Shown here: positions 20,669 to 29,635 of the stretch, in pieces
How positions within the stretch are numbered: the stretch's first letter is position 1
Layout of the letters: every line of letters begins with the position of its first letter
Source: a virus
Taxonomy: Duplodnaviria > Caudoviricetes
Length of the DNA: 64,000 nt
IMG/VR virus record: IMGVR_UViG_3300033120_000868
Span: 79,494 to 143,493 of that record
Direction: 5' to 3' (one strand)
Translations under genes and position numbers: made by a program
The notes under the pieces: generated by a model
What the model saw: only the letters and a program-made list of their open reading frames with translations
Database searches by the model: none
What the model was told of the DNA's origin: nothing

Positions 20669-20979
20669 TCATTTAAAAATTTATCTAACTCTTCTTTTGT
20701 TACAATCTTAGCTGTAGGTGTTCTGTAAGCATCAACTGTTGTTACAGAATATAAATCTACATCATCATAGTCTAATCTGTGCCAATAAGCTACAGCATCT
20801 TCATATTTATTAAGTTTTCTACTTTCCATAATTAATAACTTGGTAAAATTATAGTTTCTTCTAAAATGTGTACGCTATTATCATAAGCTTCTTCAATAGT
20901 CTCAAATGTACCTACATGTTCAAAACAAGTTGTTGATAAATTATCATCAATAAACTTTTCTAATTTAAATAAACTAAAT

Positions 20980-21222
20980 TTATGTTCCATACCCTTCTAA
21001 AAATTTATCTAGTAATTCTTCTGTTGTTTTAAATCTAGGTTTTAATGTTTTTTCCCGCCAAATTCCTTCTCTATAATTTAAAGTATTTTCGGCACAAAAA
21101 ACTGAAAAAGAAACAGCAAAATCAACAGCTACACTATAAGCATTATCAATATCTTCTTTTGTTCTCTCGTCACTCAACTGACCTAACATTCTAAGTCTAA
21201 GTTGTTCTTTAAGTTTATTCAT
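20980..21222 (-). CDS. hypothetical protein
   Basis: operon packing. Confidence 0.6.
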   Translation of the reverse strand: MNKLKEQLRLRMLGQLSDERTKEDIDNAYSVAVDFAVSFSVFCAENTLNYREGIWREKTLKPRFKTTEELLDKFLEGYGT

Positions 21223-21430
21223 TTTTTAAAGTATAAATTGTGCAATATTTAGTAGTCTCTTTATTTAAATACCCATCTTTCACAAGCTTATCTAATTCAT
21301 AGTTTATCTTTGCAGTATTATAGCTAAATTTATCTTCTAAATCCAATCTTACATGCCAAGATATAGCTCTATTATACTTATCATTACTTATATAGTTTGT
21401 TATGTATTCTTTCCACTCTTGCTTGCTCAT
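21215..21430 (-). CDS. hypothetical small protein (possible winged helix)
   Basis: start moved to MSKQ downstream of promoter; ELDKLVKDGYL. Confidence 0.6.
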   Translation of the reverse strand: MSKQEWKEYITNYISNDKYNRAISWHVRLDLEDKFSYNTAKINYELDKLVKDGYLNKETTKYCTIYTLKNE

Positions 21431-21457
21431 AGTTCTTCGATTTTTATTATTCGTTTG

Positions 21458-21489
21458 CAAATATACTGATTATCTTTTAATTGTGCAAA
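21458..21489 (-). promoter_or_regulatory. Bacteroidota-type promoter
   Basis: TTTG-N20-TATATTTG. Confidence 0.7.
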
Positions 21490-21506
21490 CTTTTGAACAA
21501 GTTTTT

Positions 21507-22745
21507 CTACTCTGAATTCTTTTTCTCAACATACTCCCACCTATCTTCCCAAAATGTTACCATTAATTCTAAATTTGTACACGGATAAACTTTAGCATTT
21601 TTACTTATGTTTTCTGTATCCAACATCGGTTGTAAGTTGCTGTTATGAGAAATTAAGTACATGTCTTCTTCATTTTTAGCCCATGAATAAGGTATTATAT
21701 GGTCTAAATGCCAAGCTTTATTACAATCTTGTTTTTTACACGAACCTTGGTTTTCCCAAGACATACCTTTTATAAATTGTTTCTCTATATAATACATTGC
21801 GTTTTCAAACGTAGTACCTAATAATTTCTCCGTTTTACCTCCTTTTCTCCAACTACTATATCTATAAGCATCATTTATTCTACTTCTTAAATTTGTTTCA
21901 AGTCTAAATAAGGGGTCATTTAAATACTTCTCTTTTCTTAACATTTTTCTCCTATGTAACCTTTCCTCTCTTGTTAGAGGAGGTATGTTTTTAGGAGGGT
22001 TGCGTCTTTTAGCTTCTTCACAAGCACATGATTTACACCAATATGATAATTTATCCTTACTTCTCTTAACTTTACCAAAAAAACTAGTTTCTTTAACTTT
22101 TTTGCAACGAGTACAATATTTAAAACCATCTTCAACAATAGGTCTTTCTTCTAAATCAGGGACATCTTTATTTTGAGATGTATAATAATCTTCTCGTAAA
22201 CATTTTTTACATCTACTTAAAGGTTTATCCTTGTTCTTTCCATAGTCATTGAAAGGTTTTTCTATCTTACACTTAGAGCATATCTTATGCCCATCTAAAA
22301 CCACAATAATTTCTTCAAAAACTCTATCTTTTACACATTTTTTACACTTAGGATTCTTCCCGTCTTTTTTACAACTCATATTTGTAAAGTCTGAAAAGTC
22401 TTTTTCTATTTTACAAACTTTGCAAACTTTACTGCCTGTCAGTATTTCTTTACCTACAGGTTCTGTTTTATTTTTTATACACTCTTTACACCTTGATTTA
22501 TATCCTGATTTACTTCTTGTAGATATTGAAAAATCTGCTTCTGTTTTCATTAGTCCGCAACATTTACAAAACTTAGGAGTGTTGTATCTGATACTTTCTA
22601 TATGCCTTGAGCTAATCCTTTCTTTACAACAAACTTTACATTTGGTCTCCCTGCCGTTTTTTGCTGTACTCTTTTTTGTGAATTCATTTAATTCTTTTTC
22701 AATACCGCAGGCACTACATATCCTTGTAATTTCTTCATTTTCCAT
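21507..22745 (-). CDS. HNH homing-endonuclease-like protein with five CxxC...CxxC Zn-finger repeats
   Basis: repeated KxCxxC..F......CKxC units; C-terminal GMSWEN..WHLDHIIP..HNSNLQP..N..K. Confidence 0.85.
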   Translation of the reverse strand: MENEEITRICSACGIEKELNEFTKKSTAKNGRETKCKVCCKERISSRHIESIRYNTPKFCKCCGLMKTEADFSISTRSKSGYKSRCKECIKNKTEPVGKEILTGSKVCKVCKIEKDFSDFTNMSCKKDGKNPKCKKCVKDRVFEEIIVVLDGHKICSKCKIEKPFNDYGKNKDKPLSRCKKCLREDYYTSQNKDVPDLEERPIVEDGFKYCTRCKKVKETSFFGKVKRSKDKLSYWCKSCACEEAKRRNPPKNIPPLTREERLHRRKMLRKEKYLNDPLFRLETNLRSRINDAYRYSSWRKGGKTEKLLGTTFENAMYYIEKQFIKGMSWENQGSCKKQDCNKAWHLDHIIPYSWAKNEEDMYLISHNSNLQPMLDTENISKNAKVYPCTNLELMVTFWEDRWEYVEKKNSE

Positions 22746-22862
22746 ATATCTATAAAATAATAATGCCTCGCAAATTTCACTGTATCAGGTTCGGACGAAT
22801 ACAGTTACTCTTTTTGAGGCTAATATTTTGTACAACTTGCGTCCGAATTCAAGTTTAAGCCA

Positions 22863-22894
22863 CAAATATAAAGTATTATTTTGATATATGCAAA
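22863..22894 (-). promoter_or_regulatory. Bacteroidota-type promoter upstream of the HNH leader
   Basis: TTTG-N20-TATATTTG. Confidence 0.7.
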
Positions 22895-22910
22895 TTAGTT
22901 AAATTGGTTG

Positions 22911-23897
22911 TTATTCTTCTCCATACCCTTCAGTTATTAATTTTCTAAAAGCTAAAGATAAGTCACCCTCGCATTCTAGCTCCACAAAAACATCAGTCGG
23001 AGAATATCCCCTACCTACATCAAAACTTGTGCTTGTTGAAAAACAATTAAAAACCCTTGTGTCTGTATCAAATAAAGCACTACTACCTGATTTAGGATTA
23101 CCTGCTCTTTTTAAACGAATAGATTTTCCTCTACTACCTTTACATTCTTCCCAACCACTATCTAAAAGTAAAGAGATGACATCCCCTCTCTCGTTATAAT
23201 CTTCAAAAGGGCTTAATTTCCACTCTTTATACTTCTCTAGTCTTACATCCTTTCTTTCCTCTATTACATCATTAAATGAACGAGCTGTTTCTAAGATTAA
23301 GTTATACTCCTCAATAGAAATATGGTTTATTTTTCCATAAACAAATTCATATCCTGGGCTAGGTGACATAACAACATACCCTCCTGAAACAGTAGTAGAG
23401 CCACCACGAGTCTCAAGTAATACTCTAACCTTATCATTAGATGCTATTTTTAAAGCTTTTGAGCGAGTTTTAGCATCGTTGAATGCTTCCATATAGGTTG
23501 AATGTTTTTCGTACTCTGTAGTATATCTTGAAGCTAACTTTTGATTAGGTTCTACAACATCAGAAGAAAATATGAAATGGTAGCCTTTATTCTTAGTAGT
23601 TTGTACAAACATTTTTCTGAGAAGTTCTTCAGGTAATGCTTTTTTATACCTATCAAATAAATCTCCACTTAAATCATATTTCAAATCGAAGTCAATTGCT
23701 GTTGTCTTTTTATTTCCACCCATTAGTAAAGCAATACCCCAACAATTAATAAAATACTGCTCACATTCTTTTTCTGTCATAGGACGAGTTTGAAATTGAC
23801 TCCAATCTCTAATTGCAGGAATCTTTTCGCTTGTAACAGGAATAACGGAGTAACCTGCTTTGCTATATTGTTTTGCTAATTCTACATAATTACTCAT
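22911..23897 (-). CDS. Bifunctional DNA primase/polymerase (Prim-Pol, AEP)
   Basis: GYSVIPV..KIP..W..FQ, AIDFD, TKNKGYH, ETRG..GYVVMSPS. Confidence 0.85.
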   Translation of the reverse strand: MSNYVELAKQYSKAGYSVIPVTSEKIPAIRDWSQFQTRPMTEKECEQYFINCWGIALLMGGNKKTTAIDFDLKYDLSGDLFDRYKKALPEELLRKMFVQTTKNKGYHFIFSSDVVEPNQKLASRYTTEYEKHSTYMEAFNDAKTRSKALKIASNDKVRVLLETRGGSTTVSGGYVVMSPSPGYEFVYGKINHISIEEYNLILETARSFNDVIEERKDVRLEKYKEWKLSPFEDYNERGDVISLLLDSGWEECKGSRGKSIRLKRAGNPKSGSSALFDTDTRVFNCFSTSTSFDVGRGYSPTDVFVELECEGDLSLAFRKLITEGYGEE

Positions 23898-23998
23898 CTT
23901 TATCTAAAATATAAATATTATCAAAAGCTATATATTTATTATCTACTTTCTCACAAAATTTTTTAGCCAAAAATTCAACAATAAAAAACGGCAATATT

Positions 23999-24220
23999 TT
24001 ATAAAAATTCCTCATACTTTGCGTATAAACCTAATTCAAAACTTTTTAAATCGACATTATCAGGAGGGTATGTTATATAAACTTGTCTATAATCACCCAT
24101 TAAACCTGCGTCTTCATACTCCCAATAAGCATAACAAGGGTACTTTTTAGGATACTCTTTAATATATTTCTTATCGTAAGGATAGAACTTTTCAAATTCC
24201 TCGTTGTTATTAATTTTCAT
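23999..24220 (-). CDS. hypothetical protein
   Basis: ORF in operon. Confidence 0.6.
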   Translation of the reverse strand: MKINNNEEFEKFYPYDKKYIKEYPKKYPCYAYWEYEDAGLMGDYRQVYITYPPDNVDLKSFELGLYAKYEEFL

Positions 24221-24234
24221 TTTTGATTGTTATT

Positions 24235-24504
24235 TTACACATTTTTACTAACACTTGAAGGTAAACTACCCAAATAAAGACTAACACGGATAGCATTTTT
24301 CTTTAACTTAGTTAGCCTTTTACCTTTTAACATTTCTTCAATTATTTCATCTTGTCTTTCTTGTGGCATATAATAATTATAAAACCACCCATCACGTTTT
24401 GTGACACCTTTTTCAATAAGCTCATCTAAATCGACACCTATTTCGGAATAAATTCTTCTGTAGATGTCCATCATAAGTTGCTCTTCTTTTTTAGTAGCTC
24501 TCAT
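24235..24504 (-). CDS. hypothetical protein
   Basis: ORF in operon. Confidence 0.65.
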   Translation of the reverse strand: MRATKKEEQLMMDIYRRIYSEIGVDLDELIEKGVTKRDGWFYNYYMPQERQDEIIEEMLKGKRLTKLKKNAIRVSLYLGSLPSSVSKNV

Positions 24505-24871
24505 AATAATCAGGTTTCATTTTCTTCCAAAAAGTTTCAAAGAAATCTTCAATATCTTTTAATGTTGTTACAGGTCTCCACTCATTAGGAAGTACATCTC
24601 CCCAATATTCAATATTGCACGTATTATCTTTACCTTCATTATCAAACCTAAACTGAGTGTCAGCAGTGTAAGAATCACCTTTCGGTAGATTTTCTAAACC
24701 TAACTGCTCAGAATGATTATAGTGCCAAATAGTAATAAAATACTTTACACCCTTTTTATCTGTAAACTTTTTTTGAAATCCTCTCAAAGAGTTGTTAAAT
24801 GAAGACTTGAATATTTTATACCCCTTGTCAATCATTTCTTGTTCAAAATTGTTTCTTATTGTCGTATCCAT
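24491..24871 (-). CDS. hypothetical protein
   Basis: ORF in operon. Confidence 0.7.
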   Translation of the reverse strand: MDTTIRNNFEQEMIDKGYKIFKSSFNNSLRGFQKKFTDKKGVKYFITIWHYNHSEQLGLENLPKGDSYTADTQFRFDNEGKDNTCNIEYWGDVLPNEWRPVTTLKDIEDFFETFWKKMKPDYYESY

Positions 24872-25011
24872 AAATATTCACAAGTTTCTTTTTCTTTATT
24901 ATAAGGGGTTTCAGTAAAATAAGATTGTCTAAATTCATTAGCTTTTGCTGTAAATCTATAACAAGTTTCTTTTAGTGGACAACCTCTTCCTTCACATTTT
25001 GCTCCGTCCAT
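24856..25011 (-). CDS. small Cys-rich protein, 51 aa (not in ORF track)
   Basis: MDGAKCEGRGCPLKETCYRFTA...CEYLWIRQ fills the gap with overlapping start/stop. Confidence 0.65.
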   Translation of the reverse strand: MDGAKCEGRGCPLKETCYRFTAKANEFRQSYFTETPYNKEKETCEYLWIRQ

Positions 25012-25418
25012 TACTTAATAATTAAATATCCACTTAATAATAAACTACCATATAATAACAACTTATTTCCAAAGTTTTTACGTTTCTGTTTCTTAACTTC
25101 TTCGGCGTAAATCTCTATCTGTTGTTCTTTTGATTGAACTAAATCTTTGTACAGTAAGAGTTGATTTTCTTGAGTAGAAATAATAGTATCTTGAACTACA
25201 GATTTTTGTTCTAAATGAAATACAATTTTTCTCTGTATTTCCAATTCATTTTTAAAATAATCACAATCAACTTTAAAATAATTTAATTTCTTAATTAAAG
25301 ATAAGTCAATTACAAATTCATTGTCACTTATTTGTTTTGGATAAGGCGTTAGACCATTCTGAGAAAAACTTTGCGTGCTCATCAGCAGTAAAGTTATTAA
25401 GGCTATCAATTTTTTCAT
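25011..25418 (-). CDS. secreted coiled-coil protein with C-terminal TM (spanin-like candidate)
   Basis: signal peptide MKKLIALITLLL..SFS, coiled coil, terminal hydrophobic helix; overlaps upstream gene by 95 nt. Confidence 0.6.
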   Translation of the reverse strand: MKKLIALITLLLMSTQSFSQNGLTPYPKQISDNEFVIDLSLIKKLNYFKVDCDYFKNELEIQRKIVFHLEQKSVVQDTIISTQENQLLLYKDLVQSKEQQIEIYAEEVKKQKRKNFGNKLLLYGSLLLSGYLIIK

Positions 25419-25683
25419 CTCTTTTTACTTTATTATTATTTGATTCTACTTTTAAACCATCTATTTTTGTTTGTAAACTATCTCTTTGTTTTAAGAGAAC
25501 TGTTTTAAATTTTTCCAGGTTTTTAATTTCTTCTTCTGTTTTTTTATCTTTTTCGCGAAAAGTTTCAAGCTCATTTTTTATTTGACTTTTCTCACAACTC
25601 TGAATAAAAATGATTGTAATTAGTACAGCTACTAAAATAAACAACCATCTATTTTTTAAAAATTCTAATATTTTATTTTGCAT
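25324..25683 (-). CDS. membrane-anchored coiled-coil protein (spanin-like candidate)
   Basis: N-terminal TM ending IQSC (possible lipobox), then coiled coil. Confidence 0.6.
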   Translation of the reverse strand: MQNKILEFLKNRWLFILVAVLITIIFIQSCEKSQIKNELETFREKDKKTEEEIKNLEKFKTVLLKQRDSLQTKIDGLKVESNNNKVKRDEKIDSLNNFTADEHAKFFSEWSNALSKTNK

Positions 25684-26026
25684 CTCTAAAGTAAATTTCT
25701 TCTGTGTGTTTTTTATCTCTTTTTAAATCTTCAATTTTAGCATCTATATAATCAATAGTTAGTTTTCCAATATCTTCTGATGTTAAATCACCTGAGTAAA
25801 AATCTCCTCTAAAAACACCTTGTACATTGAAAGTTTTATCTGTGTGGATATACAAATGTTCTAAATGCTCGCCTTCACAAAAAATTAAATAAGCTTCATT
25901 TCCTGGCATTTTACCAACAAATCTTAGTTTTCTATAATGCACACCTTGAAACTTATAAACTGTATCTCCATAAGATAAGTTTTGTAATTGTTCTGCTGTT
26001 AGTTTTTTATTTTGTAAGTTCATCAT
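25673..26026 (-). CDS. hypothetical protein
   Basis: operon packing. Confidence 0.65.
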   Translation of the reverse strand: MMNLQNKKLTAEQLQNLSYGDTVYKFQGVHYRKLRFVGKMPGNEAYLIFCEGEHLEHLYIHTDKTFNVQGVFRGDFYSGDLTSEDIGKLTIDYIDAKIEDLKRDKKHTEEIYFRDAK

Positions 26027-26249
26027 CTAAAATTTTAATTAATAATTTTAAAGCTTCAATATCTGCTGTTCTTGTTTTGTCGATTACTTCTAAAATAGTT
26101 TCTATTTCATATTTTTTCGCGCCAAAAAAAGATAAATCAGAATTAAAACTAATTAAATCTTCTACTTCTTCTACTAAGTCAATAACTAACTGACTATAAT
26201 TCTCCATCTCATAAAATGTGGAGTAACTTAATTCTTCTAATGTTTTCAT
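26007..26249 (-). CDS. hypothetical protein
   Basis: operon packing. Confidence 0.6.
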   Translation of the reverse strand: MKTLEELSYSTFYEMENYSQLVIDLVEEVEDLISFNSDLSFFGAKKYEIETILEVIDKTRTADIEALKLLIKILDDELTK

Positions 26250-26259
26250 AATTTATTTT

Positions 26260-26859
26260 TTAACAGGAATAGCTGATTTTTAAGTATTTTCCATCTTTTA
26301 AAGGATATAATGAGTATCCTGAATAATCATCTCCCATCATACCAACTGTTTGCCAATTAAAAACTCCCTTACCTCTATAATCTGTGTAAGTGTTACCTTC
26401 TCCTTTTATTTTTGCGCAAATAGATTTAGGATAACCCTCTTTACTCTTACCTGTCAGTTCTATTTCAACAATATCTTCAATCCCCCAAGAATCATAATCT
26501 TCTTCCATTTCTCTCCAAAACTTTTTGACTTTAATCAAGCCTTTTAGTTTTTCTTTCCAAGAGTCTCTTTCTTTGAGCCGTCTATTCTCTTCTTCGGCAA
26601 CTTCTGCCCACATTTTTTTATAGAACTCTTGCTCTTCTCTTTCTTTATTTATTAACTCGTCTTCAACAGCTAATTTAGCTTCTTCTAAAGTTGGCGGAAA
26701 AAGAATAAAAGAAACAGAATTACCATCTTCCCAATCACCCATCATCCTATATTGTTCAATAACAGACTTACCTTCAAAATCTAATTTATACCTAACTGTC
26801 CAATTAGCATCATAATAATACCAAAAACCTTTTTCTAATTCCCAATAATTTTCTTCCAT
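26260..26859 (-). CDS. hypothetical protein
   Basis: 199 aa. Confidence 0.7.
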   Translation of the reverse strand: MEENYWELEKGFWYYYDANWTVRYKLDFEGKSVIEQYRMMGDWEDGNSVSFILFPPTLEEAKLAVEDELINKEREEQEFYKKMWAEVAEEENRRLKERDSWKEKLKGLIKVKKFWREMEEDYDSWGIEDIVEIELTGKSKEGYPKSICAKIKGEGNTYTDYRGKGVFNWQTVGMMGDDYSGYSLYPLKDGKYLKISYSC

Positions 26860-27071
26860 ATTATAATAAATCTAATATTTGTTCTTTTGTTATCATATTT
26901 TTAGTTCTTATAATCATTGTCTAATTTAATTGCCCATGCAAACATCATTATTATAAGTGGTATAAAGCCAGTAAACCAAGCTTCTCCATAATTCACTTGT
27001 AAAAATGTAACTCCGATAGTAAAGCCTACTAATATTAGTATGACTAAGATATTTATAAAATGTTTCATAAT

Positions 27072-27305
27072 TTAATCTTCTATTTGTTCAATAACTTTTT
27101 CTAATATAACCTCTAAATCGTCGGGAGAAAAAAATTCAAAAATATCAATCTCTGAATCTTCTACATAAACCTCATCTACATTAAACGATGAAGGGCTTCC
27201 TGGATACCCTGACATATCATTATAATACATAACAGCTTCTTCACCTGCTTCATATTCTCCTACTACTCTAATAGGAATACCTTTAAATACAACACTAATT
27301 TCCAT
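27072..27305 (-). CDS. small acidic phage protein (resembles 43219-43422)
   Basis: GEYEAGE..YPG..; acidic C-terminal helix. Confidence 0.7.
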   Translation of the reverse strand: MEISVVFKGIPIRVVGEYEAGEEAVMYYNDMSGYPGSPSSFNVDEVYVEDSEIDIFEFFSPDDLEVILEKVIEQIED

Positions 27306-27555
27306 TTTTTAATAAGTTTTTAAGTTCGTTAATTCTTGCTATTAATCCCGTTGCACTATAAATTGAATCTGTATTATCAAATTCTTTTTCTAATTCTTCA
27401 ATTCGCCGTAAAATAAAAACTGAAGAAATAAATTCTAAATCACTATCAAAAACTCTATCCTTACTCCAAGTAACCTCAGACAAAGTATTAAAGTCTAAAT
27501 CTTCTTCATCTGTTCCTATATTTAGGAAGATTTTATTTGGTGTGTTATAAGCCAT
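27295..27555 (-). CDS. hypothetical protein
   Basis: operon packing. Confidence 0.65.
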   Translation of the reverse strand: MAYNTPNKIFLNIGTDEEDLDFNTLSEVTWSKDRVFDSDLEFISSVFILRRIEELEKEFDNTDSIYSATGLIARINELKNLLKNGN

Positions 27556-27673
27556 AAATTAGTTTTGTAATAAACATTCCTATCAAAGCTCCAAAACAAA
27601 TACAAATTATAGTCCATAAAATGTATTTAATCCAATCAATATCTTTTTTCATAATTATTTTAATTTTATTCGA

Positions 27674-27705
27674 CAAAGATATAACAAAAAATTTGTTCTA
27701 CCAAA
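27674..27705 (-). promoter_or_regulatory. Bacteroidota-type promoter
   Basis: TTTG-N20-TATCTTTG. Confidence 0.7.
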
Positions 27706-27734
27706 TATTTATCGTTATTTATATTGATTCTAAA

Positions 27735-28145
27735 TTACAAACTATTTAAAAATTCTTTCAACTCTTCACTTTGGTCGGCAAGAAAAACAGAAGATAAATT
27801 CCAATTGTAAGTTTTTATACCGTTGTCCGAATATCTATCAATTTGAATAAAAACACCACCACAATTAAAACTAATATCTTGATACTTATTATTTAAATTG
27901 ATATACTCTAAAACATCATTAAGTTTAATTGGATGACCAATACTCCAATCACTATCTAACTTAAAATATCTTTGTTCCACATTATCTTGGAAAAATTTTC
28001 CAAATCTATACTCAGTTTCATCAAATTCATCTTTTTCATATTTCTGTGAAAATACATTAAAATGAGGTTTGTAAATAATAGCACCGTCAGTTAACTCTTT
28101 TAACCTTGGTAAAGCTTCTCTAATTTTATTTTCTAATTCTTTCAT
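27735..28145 (-). CDS. hypothetical protein
   Basis: 136 aa. Confidence 0.7.
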   Translation of the reverse strand: MKELENKIREALPRLKELTDGAIIYKPHFNVFSQKYEKDEFDETEYRFGKFFQDNVEQRYFKLDSDWSIGHPIKLNDVLEYINLNNKYQDISFNCGGVFIQIDRYSDNGIKTYNWNLSSVFLADQSEELKEFLNSL

Positions 28146-28366
28146 AATTGTATAAGTATTTCAAATTCACTAAGTAAAACATAAAAACCTTTTGATAACT
28201 CTTCTAAACTTTCTAAAGTCAAATCCACCCAAGTTTCTTGAAAATAGTATTCAAAAAATTCTTTTCTTTGCGTGAAAGAGTTTTTAAGTTGTGGTAGAAT
28301 TTCTGTTAGTAATAGCATATCAGAACCTTCTATAACACTATCATTTATTCTTACTAATCTTCTCAT
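28142..28366 (-). CDS. hypothetical protein
   Basis: ATGA overlap. Confidence 0.6.
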   Translation of the reverse strand: MRRLVRINDSVIEGSDMLLLTEILPQLKNSFTQRKEFFEYYFQETWVDLTLESLEELSKGFYVLLSEFEILIQL

Positions 28367-28626
28367 AATTTGTCTTTTATTTTATAATATTTATCTGAAT
28401 TTAATTGTGACATATTTAATTTCAGTTCTTTTATCTTTTTTACTCCGCCGTTAAAAGAAATAGGACAAGAGAATAAAAACCGCAAAAAAGATAAAAACAG
28501 AAGAAAATATTTCTCTAAAAAAGAACACTCTCCATGTCTAATCCTAAAATTATCATCCCAACTAATATATCCTAATTTAATCTTTTGATTAGGAGTTAGT
28601 TTAAAGTAGTTAAGGAGTGACAACAT
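28363..28626 (-). CDS. hypothetical protein
   Basis: ATGA overlap. Confidence 0.55.
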   Translation of the reverse strand: MLSLLNYFKLTPNQKIKLGYISWDDNFRIRHGECSFLEKYFLLFLSFLRFLFSCPISFNGGVKKIKELKLNMSQLNSDKYYKIKDKL

Positions 28627-28802
28627 CTATATAATGTGTTATATCATTATTATTACTAGCCCAACTCGTGCCATTCCACACTTCTTGATGCCATTTATTA
28701 CACTTTTGTCTGTAAACCAAATACCTTCCTGCTCTTGGAGGATGTGTTTTACCAAATTCGTATTTTATCCAAAGATTTTTCATATTATTTAATTTTACGC
28801 AA

Positions 28803-28834
28803 CAAAGATAAAAAGAGAAAAGAGAATAAACAAA
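28803..28834 (-). promoter_or_regulatory. Bacteroidota-type promoter
   Basis: TTTG-N20-TATCTTTG. Confidence 0.7.
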
Positions 28835-28858
28835 TATCCCCTCTAATTTAAAATCAAT

Positions 28859-29473
28859 CTAAATAAGATAAAGATTAGTTGGATTATCTTTATGAATTTC
28901 TAAATCAATATAACTCATACCATAGACTCTCAACTCATCAGCAAAATTATCTTTAAATTGTTGAATATTAAAAGGAGATGTAATCAAATGGATTCCTGAT
29001 TTACTTGGAATTTGAGTTAATATTTTATCACCTGAAGGTTCACAAGGTTGAATAGAATTTATAATCTGCTCTAACCAAATAACTTCATCCTTGTCTATAT
29101 CTACAATCCATCTTTTTACTTTTTCATTATTTAAAAGTCCGCAAGCTCTGTCATAAGATTTCATTAGGTGTTTATATTCCCTATTCTGCATTGTGTTTGC
29201 CACATTTTCAAGAGATTTAAAACCAACTTTCTCAAAAGAACGTTTATTTAATCTAATAGAAGCACGAGCATTAAATACGTTACAAAGAGTTTTTATTTCC
29301 TCATATCTATCTAATAAATGTTGTTGTGAACGAATATAGTAGTTCTTAATTACTCTTGAATTACTACCAAGTTCAGGATTCTCCTTCTTTCTTTGAAGGA
29401 TTTGAAGATAATAGAAATCATCTTCTGAATCAAATTGTAAAAATGGTAATACTTTTTCTAAATTGTCTATCAT
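28859..29473 (-). CDS. phage protein with AEP-like motifs
   Basis: WIVDID and PSKSGIHLIT resemble AEP motifs I and II; function uncertain. Confidence 0.6.
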   Translation of the reverse strand: MIDNLEKVLPFLQFDSEDDFYYLQILQRKKENPELGSNSRVIKNYYIRSQQHLLDRYEEIKTLCNVFNARASIRLNKRSFEKVGFKSLENVANTMQNREYKHLMKSYDRACGLLNNEKVKRWIVDIDKDEVIWLEQIINSIQPCEPSGDKILTQIPSKSGIHLITSPFNIQQFKDNFADELRVYGMSYIDLEIHKDNPTNLYLI

Positions 29474-29501
29474 AAATTTCGCCGTTTAAAAAATTAGAAA
29501 G

Positions 29502-29533
29502 CAAAGATACGGAATAAAAAACAAAAAGACAAG
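29502..29533 (-). promoter_or_regulatory. Bacteroidota-type promoter
   Basis: CTTG-N20-TATCTTTG. Confidence 0.6.
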
Positions 29534-29635
29534 AAAAACTTAATCTTCTTGTCTAATTTATAATGATTATAAATAATATAGTTATAAATACAACATTAAT
29601 TTTAAATATCCAAATTAGTTAAATTATTTGTTATT

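Noticed and set aside
21985-22755. + strand His/Leu-rich repeat ORFs
   Set aside because: Antisense of the CxxC repeats of the HNH gene
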